Shown here piece after piece: positions 22,099-33,719 of a DNA stretch of 64,000 nucleotides. The DNA comes from an uncultured Armatimonadetes bacterium (GTDB lineage: Bacteria > Armatimonadota > UBA5829 > DTJY01). The first letter of the stretch is position 1; each line of letters opens with the position of its first letter. The stretch spans positions 5,088,001-5,152,000 of the forward strand of contig OY970325.1 in assembly GCA_963717145.1 (NCBI GenBank), read 5' to 3'. A program made the translations under genes and the position numbers. The notes below the pieces were generated by a model, which searched no databases, had not been told where the DNA came from, and saw only the letters and a list, made by a program, of their open reading frames with translations.

Positions 22099-22593
22099 AT
22101 GAAAAGAACACTACTGATCATCGCAATCATCCTGGCGGTCGGCATTCCGGCCACTATCACAGCGAACAGGTACCGGGCCGCCGTCAATCACAAGGCGACG
22201 GAGAAGACGACGGACGCGTGCTGTCCTGCCGATCAACCGACGGGCAAGGCTGATGCCATGAAGGAAGGCGCTTCCTGTCCGTATGTGGAGGGCAAGTCCG
22301 GGGATGCGGCGGCGAACCCCCACATGCCGGGCGCCAAGACTGCGCCGACCGACGAGGGGCAGAAGTGTCCCGTGATGTCACCAGCGGCGACGAAGCCGGT
22401 TACCAAGGCAACCGTCAAGCCGCCGGTTGAGAAGAAGGTCCAGTCTGCTGTCTGCCCGGTGATGAAGACGCGGATTCCGGACATCACCAAGGCTGCGGGT
22501 CACAGCGTCTACAAAGGGAAGACATACTATTTCTGCTGCGCCGGCTGCAAACCGCTCTTCGATAAGGATCCCAGCAAGTACGTCGGCCAGTGA
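22099..22593 (+). CDS. Exported Cys-rich YHS-domain protein (candidate metal chaperone)
   Basis: Signal/anchor, ACCP, SCPY, CPVM twice, and C-terminal YKGKTYYFCCAGCK..F.KDP.KY. Confidence 0.8.
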   Translation: MKRTLLIIAIILAVGIPATITANRYRAAVNHKATEKTTDACCPADQPTGKADAMKEGASCPYVEGKSGDAAANPHMPGAKTAPTDEGQKCPVMSPAATKPVTKATVKPPVEKKVQSAVCPVMKTRIPDITKAAGHSVYKGKTYYFCCAGCKPLFDKDPSKYVGQ

Positions 22594-22754
22594 TGCCGCC
22601 CAGCCGGAGGACGAGTCTCCGTCCAGGCGGATCGTATGGCCTGTGCGGAGACTCTCTCCTGCCTTGTTGGCACAGGCAGGGATGTTGACATTCCCCGGCA
22701 GTCCGGGGTATACAGAGTAAGTCGAGCGGATCACTTTAGCATGGAGGGCCGCGG

Positions 22755-23207
22755 TTGAACTTCACGTCGAAAGAGGAATATGGGCTCCGCGCGATGATGC
22801 ATCTGGGCACTCACGAAGCGGCCTGGCCGGTGCAGGCCAAGGAGATTGCCTCCGTGGAGGGCATCCCCGAGCAGTTCCTGGAGCAGGTCCTGGCCGCACT
22901 TCGCAGAGCAGGAGTCGTGCGCAGCGTTAGAGGCGCGGGTGGGGGATACGAACTCGCGCGGCCCGCTCGGAACATCACGGCCGGTGACGTCGTTCGGGCG
23001 CTCAGCGGGCCGATCGCCCCTATCCCCCGCACCGATGTGATCGACTCCGGCGAATCTTGCGACAACATCGAATACTGCGTTGTAGTCAGTCTATGGCAGA
23101 GGGTACAGACAGCTATGACGGAAGTCCTGGAGGGCACGTCCATCCAGGACATGATCGATGAACGAGCGAACAGGGAGCGGGCAAGCTCCTTTGCAATGAA
23201 CATATAA
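22755..23207 (+). CDS. Rrf2-family transcriptional regulator (CymR/IscR-like)
   Basis: [36 protein letters not shown] start with GGAGG; upstream TTGACA at 22685. Confidence 0.9.
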   Translation: MNFTSKEEYGLRAMMHLGTHEAAWPVQAKEIASVEGIPEQFLEQVLAALRRAGVVRSVRGAGGGYELARPARNITAGDVVRALSGPIAPIPRTDVIDSGESCDNIEYCVVVSLWQRVQTAMTEVLEGTSIQDMIDERANRERASSFAMNI

Positions 23208-23212
23208 GAACC

Positions 23213-23546
23213 GTAGGGGAGGCCTTCAACGGCCTCCCGTGCTGCGGGCGGGCGTAGAAGCACCGCCCCTACGGTATTCGGGCGGGCGTGGAAGCACCGC
23301 CCCTACGGTATTCGGGCGGGGGTGGAAGCACCGCCCCTACGGTATTCGGGCGGGCGTGGAAGCACCGCCCCTACGGTATTCGGGCGGGCGTGGAAGCACC
23401 GCCCCTACGGTATTCGGGCGGGCGTGGAAGCACCGCCCTTACGGTATTCGGGCGGGGGTGGAAGCACCGCCCCTACGGTATTCGGGCGGGCGTAGAAGCA
23501 CCGCCCCTACGGTATTCGGGCGGGCGTGGAAGCACCGCCCCTACGG
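23213..23546. repeat. One GTAG REP-like hairpin facing a tandem array of nine 34-bp REP-like units (last unit partial)
   Basis: Unit GGGCGGGCGTGGAAGCACCGCCCCTACGGTATTC starts at 23246, 23280, 23314, 23348, 23382, 23416, 23450, 23484 and 23518. No unique spacers. Opposing hairpin GTAGGGGAGGCC-TTCAAC-GGCCTCCC at 23213-23238. Confidence 0.92.
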
Positions 23547-23571
23547 CGACAATGGTACAAGGAGGCATCAC

Positions 23572-24498
23572 ATGGCAAAGATAGCGAACAACATCACCGA
23601 GTTGATCGGCGGCACTCCACTGGTCAAGCTGAACCGGGTGGTTGGAGACGCAGGCGCTCAGGTCGTGGCGAAGATCGAGTCAGCCAACCCCGGGGGGAGT
23701 GTCAAGGATCGAATCGGCATGAGCATGATCAACGATGCGCTCCAGAAGGGTCTGATCGACGACGAAGCTATCATCATCGAGCCGACCAGTGGCAACACGG
23801 GCATCGGGCTCGCGCTGGTATGCGCCTCGCTCGGACTCAGGCTGATCCTGACCATGCCGGATACGATGAGCGTCGAGCGCAGGAACCTCCTCAAGGCATA
23901 CGGCGCTGAACTGGTGCTCACCCCGGGCGCGGAGGGCATGAGGGGCGCCATCTCCAAGGCTGAGGAACTCACAAAGGAGACGCCGAACTCGTTCATGCCG
24001 ATGCAGTTCAACAACCCCGCGAACCCCGAGATACACCGGGAAGCTACCGGCCACGAGATCTGGCGCGACACCGACGGCAAGGTCGACATCCTGGTCAGCG
24101 GGGTCGGCACCGGCGGCACCATCACCGGGATTGCGGAGTACATCAAGCCGCTCAAGCCGGAGTTCAAGGCGATCGCTGTCGAGCCGGCGGATTCCCCCGT
24201 GCTCTCGGGTGGGCAGCCGGGCTCTCACAAGATCCAGGGAATCGGCGCGGGTTTCGTGCCGAAAGTCCTGCGGCTCGATCTGGTTGACGATATCATCAAG
24301 GTCACGAACGATGACGCGCTCGAGACCGCCAGGCGGATCGCGAAAGAAGAAGGCATCCTCGTAGGTATCTCCTCCGGCGCCGCAGCATGGGCAGCGATCG
24401 AACTGGCGAAGCTGGACGAGAACAAGGGCAAGCTGATCGTCGTCATTCTCCCCGATACCGGAGAGCGCTACCTCAGCACCGTCCTGTTCGCAGAGTGA
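23572..24498 (+). CDS. cysK: Cysteine synthase A (O-acetylserine sulfhydrylase)
   Basis: [59 protein letters not shown] before ATG 23572. Confidence 0.96.
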   Translation: MAKIANNITELIGGTPLVKLNRVVGDAGAQVVAKIESANPGGSVKDRIGMSMINDALQKGLIDDEAIIIEPTSGNTGIGLALVCASLGLRLILTMPDTMSVERRNLLKAYGAELVLTPGAEGMRGAISKAEELTKETPNSFMPMQFNNPANPEIHREATGHEIWRDTDGKVDILVSGVGTGGTITGIAEYIKPLKPEFKAIAVEPADSPVLSGGQPGSHKIQGIGAGFVPKVLRLDLVDDIIKVTNDDALETARRIAKEEGILVGISSGAAAWAAIELAKLDENKGKLIVVILPDTGERYLSTVLFAE

Positions 24499-24676
24499 GT
24501 GCTTTCTCCGTTACCATGTTGTTGACCGGCTCAGATATGGGTACAGACAGTATCAGTTTGCACCGCTTTGCCCGCGGAGGATGATACGTGTCTCCTGCCG
24601 AAGCACCAGGACGGCGCACTGATCTGCCGAACAGAATAACTGATGCTTGCCTCGCTCTCGTCGGGGAGGTGCAGGC

Positions 24677-26722
24677 ATGAGTGGCTCATGGCGGCCTTGG
24701 TACGGATACCTCATCGTCATCCTCGCGCAGGCCCTGCTCGTAGGAACGCTCATCCTTGTCGATCCCGTCATCACGATGGGCCGTTACCCTATGGTCTACA
24801 TAGTGGTGGTCATGCTCTCCGCCTATCTACTTGGAGAGGGGCCGGCGATCCTCTCGCTCCTGCTCGGATGGGTGGCCTTCACACACTTGTTCCTCCCGCC
24901 GCAACGCTTCTGGCCGCTTGCAGACTCTCCGGAGGGCTGGGCGGCGCAGATGTCATACATCCTCGGCACGTTTATCGTAGGGTTTGCCGCCACAATCGTT
25001 CGCCGGTCCAGGCAGCGCGTCCAGCAACTCGTATCGGTTCTGAACGATGAGATCGAGGACCGCAAGGCCGCCGAGAAGGCTCTCCAGGAGGTCGAGCGCG
25101 ATCTGAGCCGGGCACAATTCGTCGCCCAGGTCGGAAGCTGGCGACTCGACACACGACGGGACGAACTGGTATGGTCCGACGAGACATACCGGATTTTCGG
25201 CATCGAGAAGGGCACCCCACTGACCTACGAGGCTTTCCTTGACCGCATTCACCCGGACGATCGGGAGTATGTGGATCGGAAGTGGAAGGCTGCTATGAAG
25301 GGCGAGCACTACGACATCGACCACCGGATCTGTGACGGCGAGCACGAGAAGTGGATTCGCGAAACCGCCGAGGTGGAGTTCGACGAGGAAGGTGTCCTGC
25401 TTGGCGGATTCGGAACGGCCCAGGACATCACGGACCGGAAACGCGCCGAGATCGCTCTGGATGAGGACCGGCGTCGGACAGCGACCGTGGCGAGAGTCGC
25501 TGAAGCGGGCATCAGTACGCTGAACACACAGGATCTGTTCGACTTGCTGGTGACCCGAATCCGCGAGGGGATGAGTTCGACCGCCGCCATTCTGTTCACC
25601 TATGATCAGGACTCCGACGAGCTTGTCGCTCGCTCGGCCAGCAACCTCCCGGAACTCGTCGGCCTGAGAGTCCCCAGCGAGGAGTCTTTCGTGGGTCTGA
25701 TACGGAAGGAGTCTCGGATGGTATACGTGGCCGACGCCTCCACAGATCCGCTCGTTGTCTCCGAGCGTATCAAGCAGGCGGGACTGAGATCGGTTCTCGG
25801 CGCGCCCCTGGCCGTAGGCGGGCGGTTCCTGGGCGTGATATGCGTGGCTGAGTCAGATGTCCGCGAGTACTCGCCGGAAGAGGTCGATCTCTTCGAAACG
25901 ATGGCCGGCCGTGCTTCACTTGCAGTCGAGAATGCCAAGCTCTACGGCGACGTCGAGCGCAGCCGAGCCGAACTCCAGCAGGCTCTCGATGTGGAGTCGT
26001 ATCTCTCGCGCCAACTCCAGCGCGCACTCCTGCCGCCGAAACCGGAGATCGGGGAGGGCTACCATGTTGCCCACAAGTATATCCCTGCCTACGCCAACCG
26101 CGAAATCGGTGGCGACTTCTACGACGTCTTCAGGGCCGAGGATGGCAAGATCGCCATCGTGATAGGCGACGTCTCAGGCAAGGGCCTCGAAGCTGCCTCG
26201 ATGGCTGCCATCACCCGAGCCACGGTCCATGCATTCGCCTACGAGTTTTCGCAGGCCGGCAAGGCGCTCACTCATGCGAATTCGGTGATATCCGCGCAGC
26301 AGGAGACGGGACAGATATCGTTCTTTGTCACCGTGTTCGTGACGATCCTCGACCCGGCGACCGGCGAGGCGACGTACAGCAGCGCCGGACATCCTCCTCC
26401 CGCCATTTGGCACGCCGATACCGGTGAGGTCGGGTTCCTGGAGTTGGGAAACCCACCGGTGGGCGTGATCGCCCGATACGAGTTCGGGGAAGGCACATAC
26501 CGCCTGGACCCGGGCGACAGGATCGTCTTCTACACCGACGGCCTCTCCGAGGCGCGCAGAGGCACCGATCTGTTCGAAATCGAAGGGATCGGACGAGTCC
26601 TTCGAGAGCATGGATCGAAGCCGCCTGACGAGGTGATCGGCGAACTCGCCTCAGCCGCCACCGCATGGGGGAACGGCCATCTCAGCGACGACACGGCTAT
26701 CGTCGTGATCGAGCGCGAATGA
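24677..26722 (+). CDS. Membrane sensor PP2C/SpoIIE phosphatase (DUF4118-like TM, PAS, GAF, PP2C)
   Basis: About 4 TM, WSDETYRIFG/HPDD PAS, GAF, GGDFYD, IGDVSGKG, AGHPP, YTDGL.E, DD. Confidence 0.9.
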   Translation: MSGSWRPWYGYLIVILAQALLVGTLILVDPVITMGRYPMVYIVVVMLSAYLLGEGPAILSLLLGWVAFTHLFLPPQRFWPLADSPEGWAAQMSYILGTFIVGFAATIVRRSRQRVQQLVSVLNDEIEDRKAAEKALQEVERDLSRAQFVAQVGSWRLDTRRDELVWSDETYRIFGIEKGTPLTYEAFLDRIHPDDREYVDRKWKAAMKGEHYDIDHRICDGEHEKWIRETAEVEFDEEGVLLGGFGTAQDITDRKRAEIALDEDRRRTATVARVAEAGISTLNTQDLFDLLVTRIREGMSSTAAILFTYDQDSDELVARSASNLPELVGLRVPSEESFVGLIRKESRMVYVADASTDPLVVSERIKQAGLRSVLGAPLAVGGRFLGVICVAESDVREYSPEEVDLFETMAGRASLAVENAKLYGDVERSRAELQQALDVESYLSRQLQRALLPPKPEIGEGYHVAHKYIPAYANREIGGDFYDVFRAEDGKIAIVIGDVSGKGLEAASMAAITRATVHAFAYEFSQAGKALTHANSVISAQQETGQISFFVTVFVTILDPATGEATYSSAGHPPPAIWHADTGEVGFLELGNPPVGVIARYEFGEGTYRLDPGDRIVFYTDGLSEARRGTDLFEIEGIGRVLREHGSKPPDEVIGELASAATAWGNGHLSDDTAIVVIERE

Positions 26723-26728
26723 CCTCTT

Positions 26729-26947
26729 TGGAGTGCGATGGCTCGACGTCGCTTTGGTCTCGGGCGGCTTGACGCCTCCGGGGAGGCCCACCGTCTCTCG
26801 TTATGGTTTCCAGAGAAACCTACTCGAGACTAGACGGGTTTGGGGCTTGGGAAGCTTGGCAAGCCACCCAACCGTCCTCCTCGAGTAGCCACTCTGGTGG
26901 CATAACGAGAGGCTGACCCACTCTGCGGAAATGCACCCCGCACTCCA
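26729..26947. repeat. Nested palindromic elements: outer TGGAGTGCG...CGCACTCCA, inner divergent CGTC-type REP pair (26794-26912)
   Basis: Stepwise complementarity ctctcgttatg/cataacgagag, ccagag/ctctgg, ctactcgag/ctcgagtag, gacgg/ccgtc. Confidence 0.7.
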
Positions 26948-26954
26948 GGAAGTC

Positions 26955-26983
26955 TTGACATCCCCGGTTGCTTAAGGTATATT
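26955..26983 (+). promoter_or_regulatory. Sigma70 promoter of the second RND operon
   Basis: TTGACA-N17-TATATT in an AT-rich tract about 40 nt before the MFP start. Confidence 0.65.
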
Positions 26984-27020
26984 AACCATACATGCTGATT
27001 AAGTAATCGGGGGAAAGACC

Positions 27021-28569
27021 GTGAAGCGATGGATTCTTGTTCTCATTCCACTTATATTGCTGAGTCTGCCAATCGTCTGGCGACTCTCCCAGCAACGGTC
27101 GGAAGCCGCTGTTCAGGCGGAGCAGCGCTCCGCCAGAATGAGATCGGCTCCGAGTGTGTCCGTATCGCCGGTGGTGGTGCGGGACATCATCCGAGTCTTT
27201 GATGCCACCGGCTCCGTTGAAGCTCCTCTGAACGTCAAGATCGCCGCCAAAGTCACCGGTCGTATCGACTTCCTGCTGGTCCGCGAGGGCGACCGCGTCC
27301 GCAAGGGACAGGTCCTCGTGCGCATCGATCCGTCTGACGTCGAGGCGGGCGTCCAACAGCAGCAGGCCTCACTTGCGGAGGCTCAGTACCGCCTGGCGCA
27401 GGCACAGTTGAACCAAAGCCCCACCAACGTCGCCGTCAATACACAGATCAGTCAGCAGAAAGCAGCCGTATCGAGCGCCACCGCTGACTACAATCAGACC
27501 AACGAGAACTACAAGGCTCAACTGGCGGCGGCATCGGCCAACGTCCGGGACGCCGAATCACGTGTCGGAAACGCTCGGTCAGCCGTGAAAGGCGCTCAGG
27601 CAAATCTCGAGAACGCCACCGCCCGGTACAACAGGATTTTCGACCTCTACAAGCAGGGGTTCACCGCCGCGCAGGATGTCGATGACGCCAAGGCGTTGGT
27701 CAGCGTGCAGCAGGCCAACGTCGAGATCGCACAGGGGCAGTTGAATTCGGCGCTGGCGCAGAAGGAATCCGCCGAGCAGCAGGCCGCCATCGTCAGGACG
27801 AAGGGCCTCGCAGACATCGAGGCTTCACGCGCCAAGCTCGATCAGGCGAAGGCCGCGCTCGAAGTATGCGCATGCCAATTCGGCCCAGAAGCCGGCATAC
27901 GAGCAGAGCCTCTCCGCGCTCAGATCGTCCACGGATGCCGCGCGAGCCGCCCTCCGACTGGCGCAGGCCAAGAGAGCCGACACGGTGCTGAAAGCCCCGC
28001 TCGATGGAGTGGTCACCGCGAGGTTCGCCGATCCGGGCGCGATTGCGAGTTCGGGCCAGCCGATCATCGCAGTCCAGTTCGTCAGGCAGATATGGGTCAC
28101 GATCGCGGTCCCGGAAGAGATCAGCCCGAAGCTCCACATCGGTCAGCCCGCGAAGGTTACCCTCGACGCGCTCCCGGGTCGCCTGTTCAACGGCAGCGTC
28201 ATACAGGTGAACGGCGCCGCTGATCCGCAGAGCCGCCAGTTGATGGCCCGCGTCATCCTCGACAACAAAGAAGGCATCTTCAAGCCGGGGATGTACGCCC
28301 GTGTCGCAATCGAGACCGACCGCGTGAGGAGCGCGATCGTGGTTCCCCGGGAGGCTGTTCAGCGTGGCAAGGACGGGTCATACGTGGTGGTCGTCGATGC
28401 GGCTAACAAGGCTGCGCACCGGGTCGTCTCGGTCGGCGCACAGGATGCGGTAGGGATCGCCATCGAGAGCGGAGTTCGACCGGGCGAGAGAGTCGTCATC
28501 ATGAGCGCGTCTCCGATAAGGGACGGCCAGACGGTCCGCACCGGAGGGTCGGGCAGAGGCAAGAAATGA
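27021..28569 (+). CDS. RND efflux periplasmic adaptor (MFP) (frameshift ~27865)
   Basis: N-terminal anchor, KVTGRI..L.VREGD.V.KGQ, long coiled coil, LKAPLDGVV, KPGMYARV. Confidence 0.88.
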
Positions 28570-31500
28570 GCATAGCCAATTTCGCCGTTACCAGGCCGGT
28601 CGCGGTCGTCATGCGCATCGCCGCGCTGGTGCTGCTCGGCTTCATCTGTCTGACACGGCTTCCGGTGGACCTGCTGCCCAAGGTCACTCTGCCTACTATA
28701 TCGGTCAGCACGCAGTGGCCGAATGTCGCGCCCGAGGAGATCGAGGCCCAGGTCTCACGAGCCATCGAGCGGGCGGTCTCATCCGCGCCGAACCTGTACC
28801 AGGTCACCTCCAGCAGCCGTGAGGGCAGTTCGAGCGTCCGCGTGCAGTTCCAGTGGGGCACGGACATCGGGCAGGCGGCGGTGGATGTGCTCCAGTTGGT
28901 CGAGCGCGCGAAGAGGCAGTTCCCCACCGATCCGACGCTCCAGACGCCGACGGTCTTCAAGTTCGACCCGACCCAGATGCCGATCCTCATCTTCGGCGTC
29001 TCGGGTGAGGACGATCCTGTCAAGCTCCGGACGCTGCTGGACAACCAGGTATCGCCGATGATCGAATCGGCCGACGGGGTCGCCTCGGCGTCGGTCACCG
29101 GCGGCCAGCAGCGCGCCATCATCGTGGATGTCGATCCCGAGCGCCTGCGAGCCCACCACATCACCCTTGCCGACGTGATGAGGCGCATCGCTCAGGAGAA
29201 CCTCAACCTGCCCGCCGGCATCGCCAAGCAGGGCGAAACGGAGTACACGATCCGCAGCCTGGGCTGGTTCACCAGTCCCGAGGAGATCGCCGACCTGCCG
29301 GTAGGCGCGTTCAACGGCCAGCTCGTGCATCTTCGCGATGTGGCCGATGTCAGGGACGAGGCCCCCGAGCGGAGGCTATACACCGACTTAACGGCGAACC
29401 CGCGGTCGGCCTGATCATCACCAAGCAGAGCGGAGCGAACACCGTCGCCACCGCCGATGCTGTCTTCGAGCGGATCGAGCAGGTCAAGAAGCTCTATCCG
29501 AACCTGAAGTTCGCGATGGCCTACGACCAGGCGCAGTTCATCAAGGACTCGGTCAACGACGTCCGTGACGCCGCGATCATCGGCGGCATCCTGGCCATCC
29601 TGATCCTGCTGTTCTTCCTGCGCAACGTCCGCAGCACGCTCGTCGTCGCGCTCTCGATCCCGACCTCGATCATCTCGACCTTCGCGCTGCTCTACATGTG
29701 CGGCTTCACGATCAACACGATGTCCCTGGGCGGACTGGCGCTCGCGACCGGCCTGATCGTCGACGACGCGGTCGTGGTGCTGGAGAACATCTTCCGGCAT
29801 ATCGAGCGCGACAAGAAGACGGCCAGGGAGGCGGCCATCAGCGGGACGAACGAGATCATCTCGGCGGTCGTCGCCTCCACCTGGACGGTCATGGTCGTGT
29901 TCCTGCCGCTGCTGCTGATCAAGGGACAGGCGGGGCAGATGTTCACGCAGTTCGCGCTGGTGGTCATCTTCTCGCTCGCCGTGTCGCTGCTCGACGCGAC
30001 GACCGTCGTGCCGATGCTCGCCACCCGGCTCATCTCAGGCGAGGCCCATGCGGAGACGCTCAACAACTCTGACGGGCACAGGCATCCGCTTGCGCGCGCC
30101 TTCGCGCTCTTCGGGCGCTGGTTCGAGCCCTGGACAGCACCTATCGCGGCGCGCTTCGCTGGGCGATCCACCACCGCACGGCCGTTGTCGTCGGCGCGCT
30201 GGCGATCACCGGGGGCAGCCTGCTTCTCTTCCCGATGATCGGCACCGAGCTGATGCCGAAGACCGACAGCGGCGACTTCAGCATCAGCGTGAAGATGCCG
30301 GTCGGCACAGCGCTCGACAGACCAACCAGGCGATGCAGAGGATCGAGCAGATCGTCAGTGCGAACCCCAATGTGGAGACCGTCTTCGCCTCGGCGGGAAG
30401 TTCCGGGGTCACTCGCGGCTTCTCATCCTCGTCGATCGCCAACCGCGGCTCGGTGACCGTGAAGCTCAAGGAGGAGCGGAATACCCGGACGCTCGATGTG
30501 ATCGACGACCTGCGCAGGCAGCTCGCCTCGGTGCCGGGCGCGAAGGCGCGGCTGACGCAGACCGACATCGTCAGCCGTATCATGACCGGCGGCAGTCAGA
30601 ACATCGAGATCGACATCTTCGGCGACGACCTCGGCACCCTGTCCCACCTTGCCAAGGAGGTGATGTCCCGCGTGCGGGACGTCCCCGGACTGGAGAACGT
30701 GGACATGAACTGGCAGGAAGCGCATGCCGGAGATCCAGTGGAAGGTGGATCGGCAGAAGGCGCTGCAGCTGGGCGTGAGCTTCTCCGACGTCGCCAACAC
30801 GATCAACACGGCCACCAACGGACGCATCGCCAGCTACTACCAGGAGAAGGGGTTCCAGTATCCGATCATCGTCCAGATGCCGGAGTCACGCCGCAAGACC
30901 GTCGCGGAGATGAAGAACCTGATCGTGACTTCGAGTTCGGCCGGCGGCGCTCCCGATGGCATCCTGCTGAGCCAGGTCGCCGCTCCCGTGCTACGGCATG
31001 GGGCCGAGCGAGATCACGCGACACAACCGCCAGCGCTACATCGCCGTCACCGGCGTGCCGCAGGGCCGGTCGCCGGGCGAGATCCAGGCGGACGTTCAGA
31101 AGGCGCTCTCGGATCTGCGCGATGCCGCGGGCTACTACTGGGACTGGGGCACCAGACCAGAAGCGCCAGGCCGAGGAGTTCGGCGGGCTCTGGCTCGCCG
31201 TCTTCCTGGCGATCGCGCTCATCTACATGCTGCTCGCCTCGCAGTTCGAGTCGTTCATCCATCCGCTGACGATCCTGTTCTCGGTGCCGCTGGCGATCTC
31301 CGGCGTGATACTGGCGCTGTTCCTGACGGGCCGCTCGTTCGGCCTGACCGCGTTCATCGGCGTGCTGATGCTCGTGGGGATCGTCGTGAAGAACGGCATC
31401 CTGCTGGTGGACTACACGAACACTCTGCGCGGCCGCGGCATTGACCGCGAGGAGGCCCTACTCCGAGCCGGACCGACCCGTCTGCGGCCGATCCTGATGA

Positions 31501-31709
31501 CCGCCTCCGCCGCTGTTCTCGGCATGCTGCCGATCGCGCTCGGCCTCGGCAAGGGCTCCGAGGTGCAGGCGCCGATGGCGACGGCCGTCATCGGCGGGCT
31601 GATGACCTCGACGGTCCTGACGCTGTTCGTCGTGCCGACGGTCTACACCGCCCTGGACGATGCGGTCCTGTTCTTCAGGCGCAGGAAGGAGACAGGCAAT
31701 GACAGATGA
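28566..31709 (+). CDS. AcrB/MdtBC-type RND permease (about six frameshifts: ~29390, 30130, 30320, 30720, 30985, 31150)
   Basis: RLPVDLLP, GLIVDDAVVVLENI, GIVVKNGILLVD and RLRPILMT spread over successive ORF pieces. Confidence 0.88.
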
Positions 31710-32193
31710 TCCTGAACTTGATTCAGGACTGATCGAGCAGGCATCGACGATTGCCTCGATACTCCCGAAGCTGATGCGGCGGTTCAACGCGCTCTCCGAA
31801 GGTGATCCGGCCATGGAACTGCCCATCGCCCAGTTGCGCCTGTGCTCTCACCTGCACGAGGGTTCGCGAGCGATGTCGTGCCTGGCGAAGGAACTGGGGA
31901 TATCGCTCAGCGCGGTAACGCAGATCGCGGATCGCCTGGAGCGCGCCGGTCTGATCGAGCGCATCCCGGAAGTCGATGACCGCCGGGTGAAGACGCTCAG
32001 GTTGACTCCTCATGGGGAGCACTTGATTCGTGCGCGCAGGGAGAGCCGAACGAAGCGGATACTCGAAGCGATGGAGCGCCTTTCAGCCGAGGGACGGGAA
32101 GCAGTGATCAATGGACTGAATCTTCTGCTGTCGGCGTCTCCGTCGCCCGTGATGGATGCCGATGAGGACGTCATCGAGCCGCTTGTGACCTAG
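31699..32193 (+). CDS. MarR-family regulator
   Basis: LAKELGISLSAVTQIADRLE.AGLIER...DDRR...L.LT..G. Confidence 0.9.
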   Translation: MTDDPELDSGLIEQASTIASILPKLMRRFNALSEGDPAMELPIAQLRLCSHLHEGSRAMSCLAKELGISLSAVTQIADRLERAGLIERIPEVDDRRVKTLRLTPHGEHLIRARRESRTKRILEAMERLSAEGREAVINGLNLLLSASPSPVMDADEDVIEPLVT

Positions 32194-32212
32194 CTGCGAA
32201 AGGGACCCTGTA

Positions 32213-33713
32213 ATGACGCATTCACAATCCCGTAGTGGCCGCGCCTCCGTGCCGGCCATGGACCCGATCATACGTAGTGGCCGCGCCTTGGTGCCGGCCT
32301 CACCACGCCGATGGCCGGCACGGAGGCACGGCCACTACATGGCTGCACTCATTGCGATACTATGCCTGGCGTCGATCTGTTTGGCGCAGCAGACCCCGCC
32401 GATCGAGCCGAAGATCACGGAGACCCCGATGCCTCCCGCCGTCGAGCTGCCTGCCCCTCCGGGCATCCCCGACGATGTCCCGAACAGGCCGCTTACGGCC
32501 GATGAAGCGGTGCAGATCGCCTTGCGCCATCAGTCGGACATAGCCGTTGCTCATGCCGGCGTGGATGCCGCCCGGGGTAGGCTGCAGGAGACGCAAGCCG
32601 GTCAGTTGCCGTCGCTCACCGTCGGCGTAGGGCATACCAGCCTCGATACGAACGGAACATCGAACGGCGGGGGACTATCAGGAGGAGGTTCATCGACAGG
32701 GTCCCGGGGATACCAGCTTTCCGCCACGGCCCGCCAGCTTCTGTTCGACTTTGGCCATACCCGGGAACTGGTCCGTCAGGCATCGGCGCAGCAGCGGTCG
32801 GCGACGGCGAATCTCACGCGGGCGCAGTCAGACCTGGCCTTCCAGGTCAAGCAATCGTTCTACACCTATGTGCAGAACGCTCGGCTGGTGGAGGTCGAGG
32901 GATCCAACATCAAGGGCCGGCAGGGGCATCTCGACCTCGCGAAGGCAAGGCTCGAGGCCGGAGTCGGCCTTCCCTCCGATGTCGTCCGAGCCGAGACCGC
33001 GCGGGCCAATGCAATCTTCGCCCTCAATCTGGCTCAGGCGAGCACCTCGGTCTCGCGTGTGGTCCTGGCCGAGTTGATGGGCATAGATCCCCGAACCCCG
33101 ATCCAGGCCGCCGACTCGGAAGAGCGGGCAGTCGATGCGCAGGATGTGGACGCGCTCGTTGAGCGCGCGTTCAGGGCACCGTCCGGAAGTCCTGCAGGCG
33201 GAGGCGACGAAAGAAGCCGCCGGACATGGGTTCGATGCCGCGAAGACCGGCAACTCACCAAGCCTCGGCGCCAGCGTCGGATGGCTCCAGCGCGGGTCGA
33301 CTCCATCGCTTGACAGCAGTACGCTCAGCATAGGACTCGCGATCACGTGGAGCGCGTTCGACTCCGGTCTGACCGCCGGCCGAGTCAGGGAGGCTTCCGC
33401 CGGCGTGCAATCGGCTCAGGCCGAGGCCGAGTCCGTCAGGCTTGCAGTCATCTCAGACGTCTCGCAGGCGTACCTCAACCTCAAAACCGCCGAGCAGAGG
33501 GTCACAACCGCCGATTCAGAGGTCGCCAACGCGACGGAAGCCGTCCGCCTGACCGAGGGGCGCTATCAAGGCGGACTCGGAACGTTCATCGACGTGCTCG
33601 ACGCCCAGACGGCGCTCGTGACTGCGAGCACCAATCGCGTGAATGCGATCTCCTCCGTCAACCTCGCCAGATCCGCCCTCGTCCATGCAGTCGGGGGCAT
33701 TACTTCTCCATAG
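32213..33713 (+). CDS. TolC-family outer-membrane protein (start 32213 or 32339; frameshift ~33175)
   Basis: Signal h-region, LT.DEAVQIAL, QLLFDFG, RPEV, RYQGGLGT..DVLDAQ. Confidence 0.85.
32232..32338. repeat. GTAG REP-like cluster, family A (second copy)
   Basis: Units at 32232-32257 and 32274-32299, inverted unit at 32313-32338; same layout as 866-973. Confidence 0.85.
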
Positions 33714-33719
33714 TCACCA

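Noticed and set aside
23246-23546. 34-bp repeat array as a CRISPR array
   Set aside because: Units are contiguous with no unique spacers, and there are no cas genes in the window.
23239-23571. Repeat-encoded 111-aa N-terminal extension of CysK
   Set aside because: The open frame is a by-product of the GC-rich repeat; ATG 23572 has a strong SD and gives a normal-length CysK.
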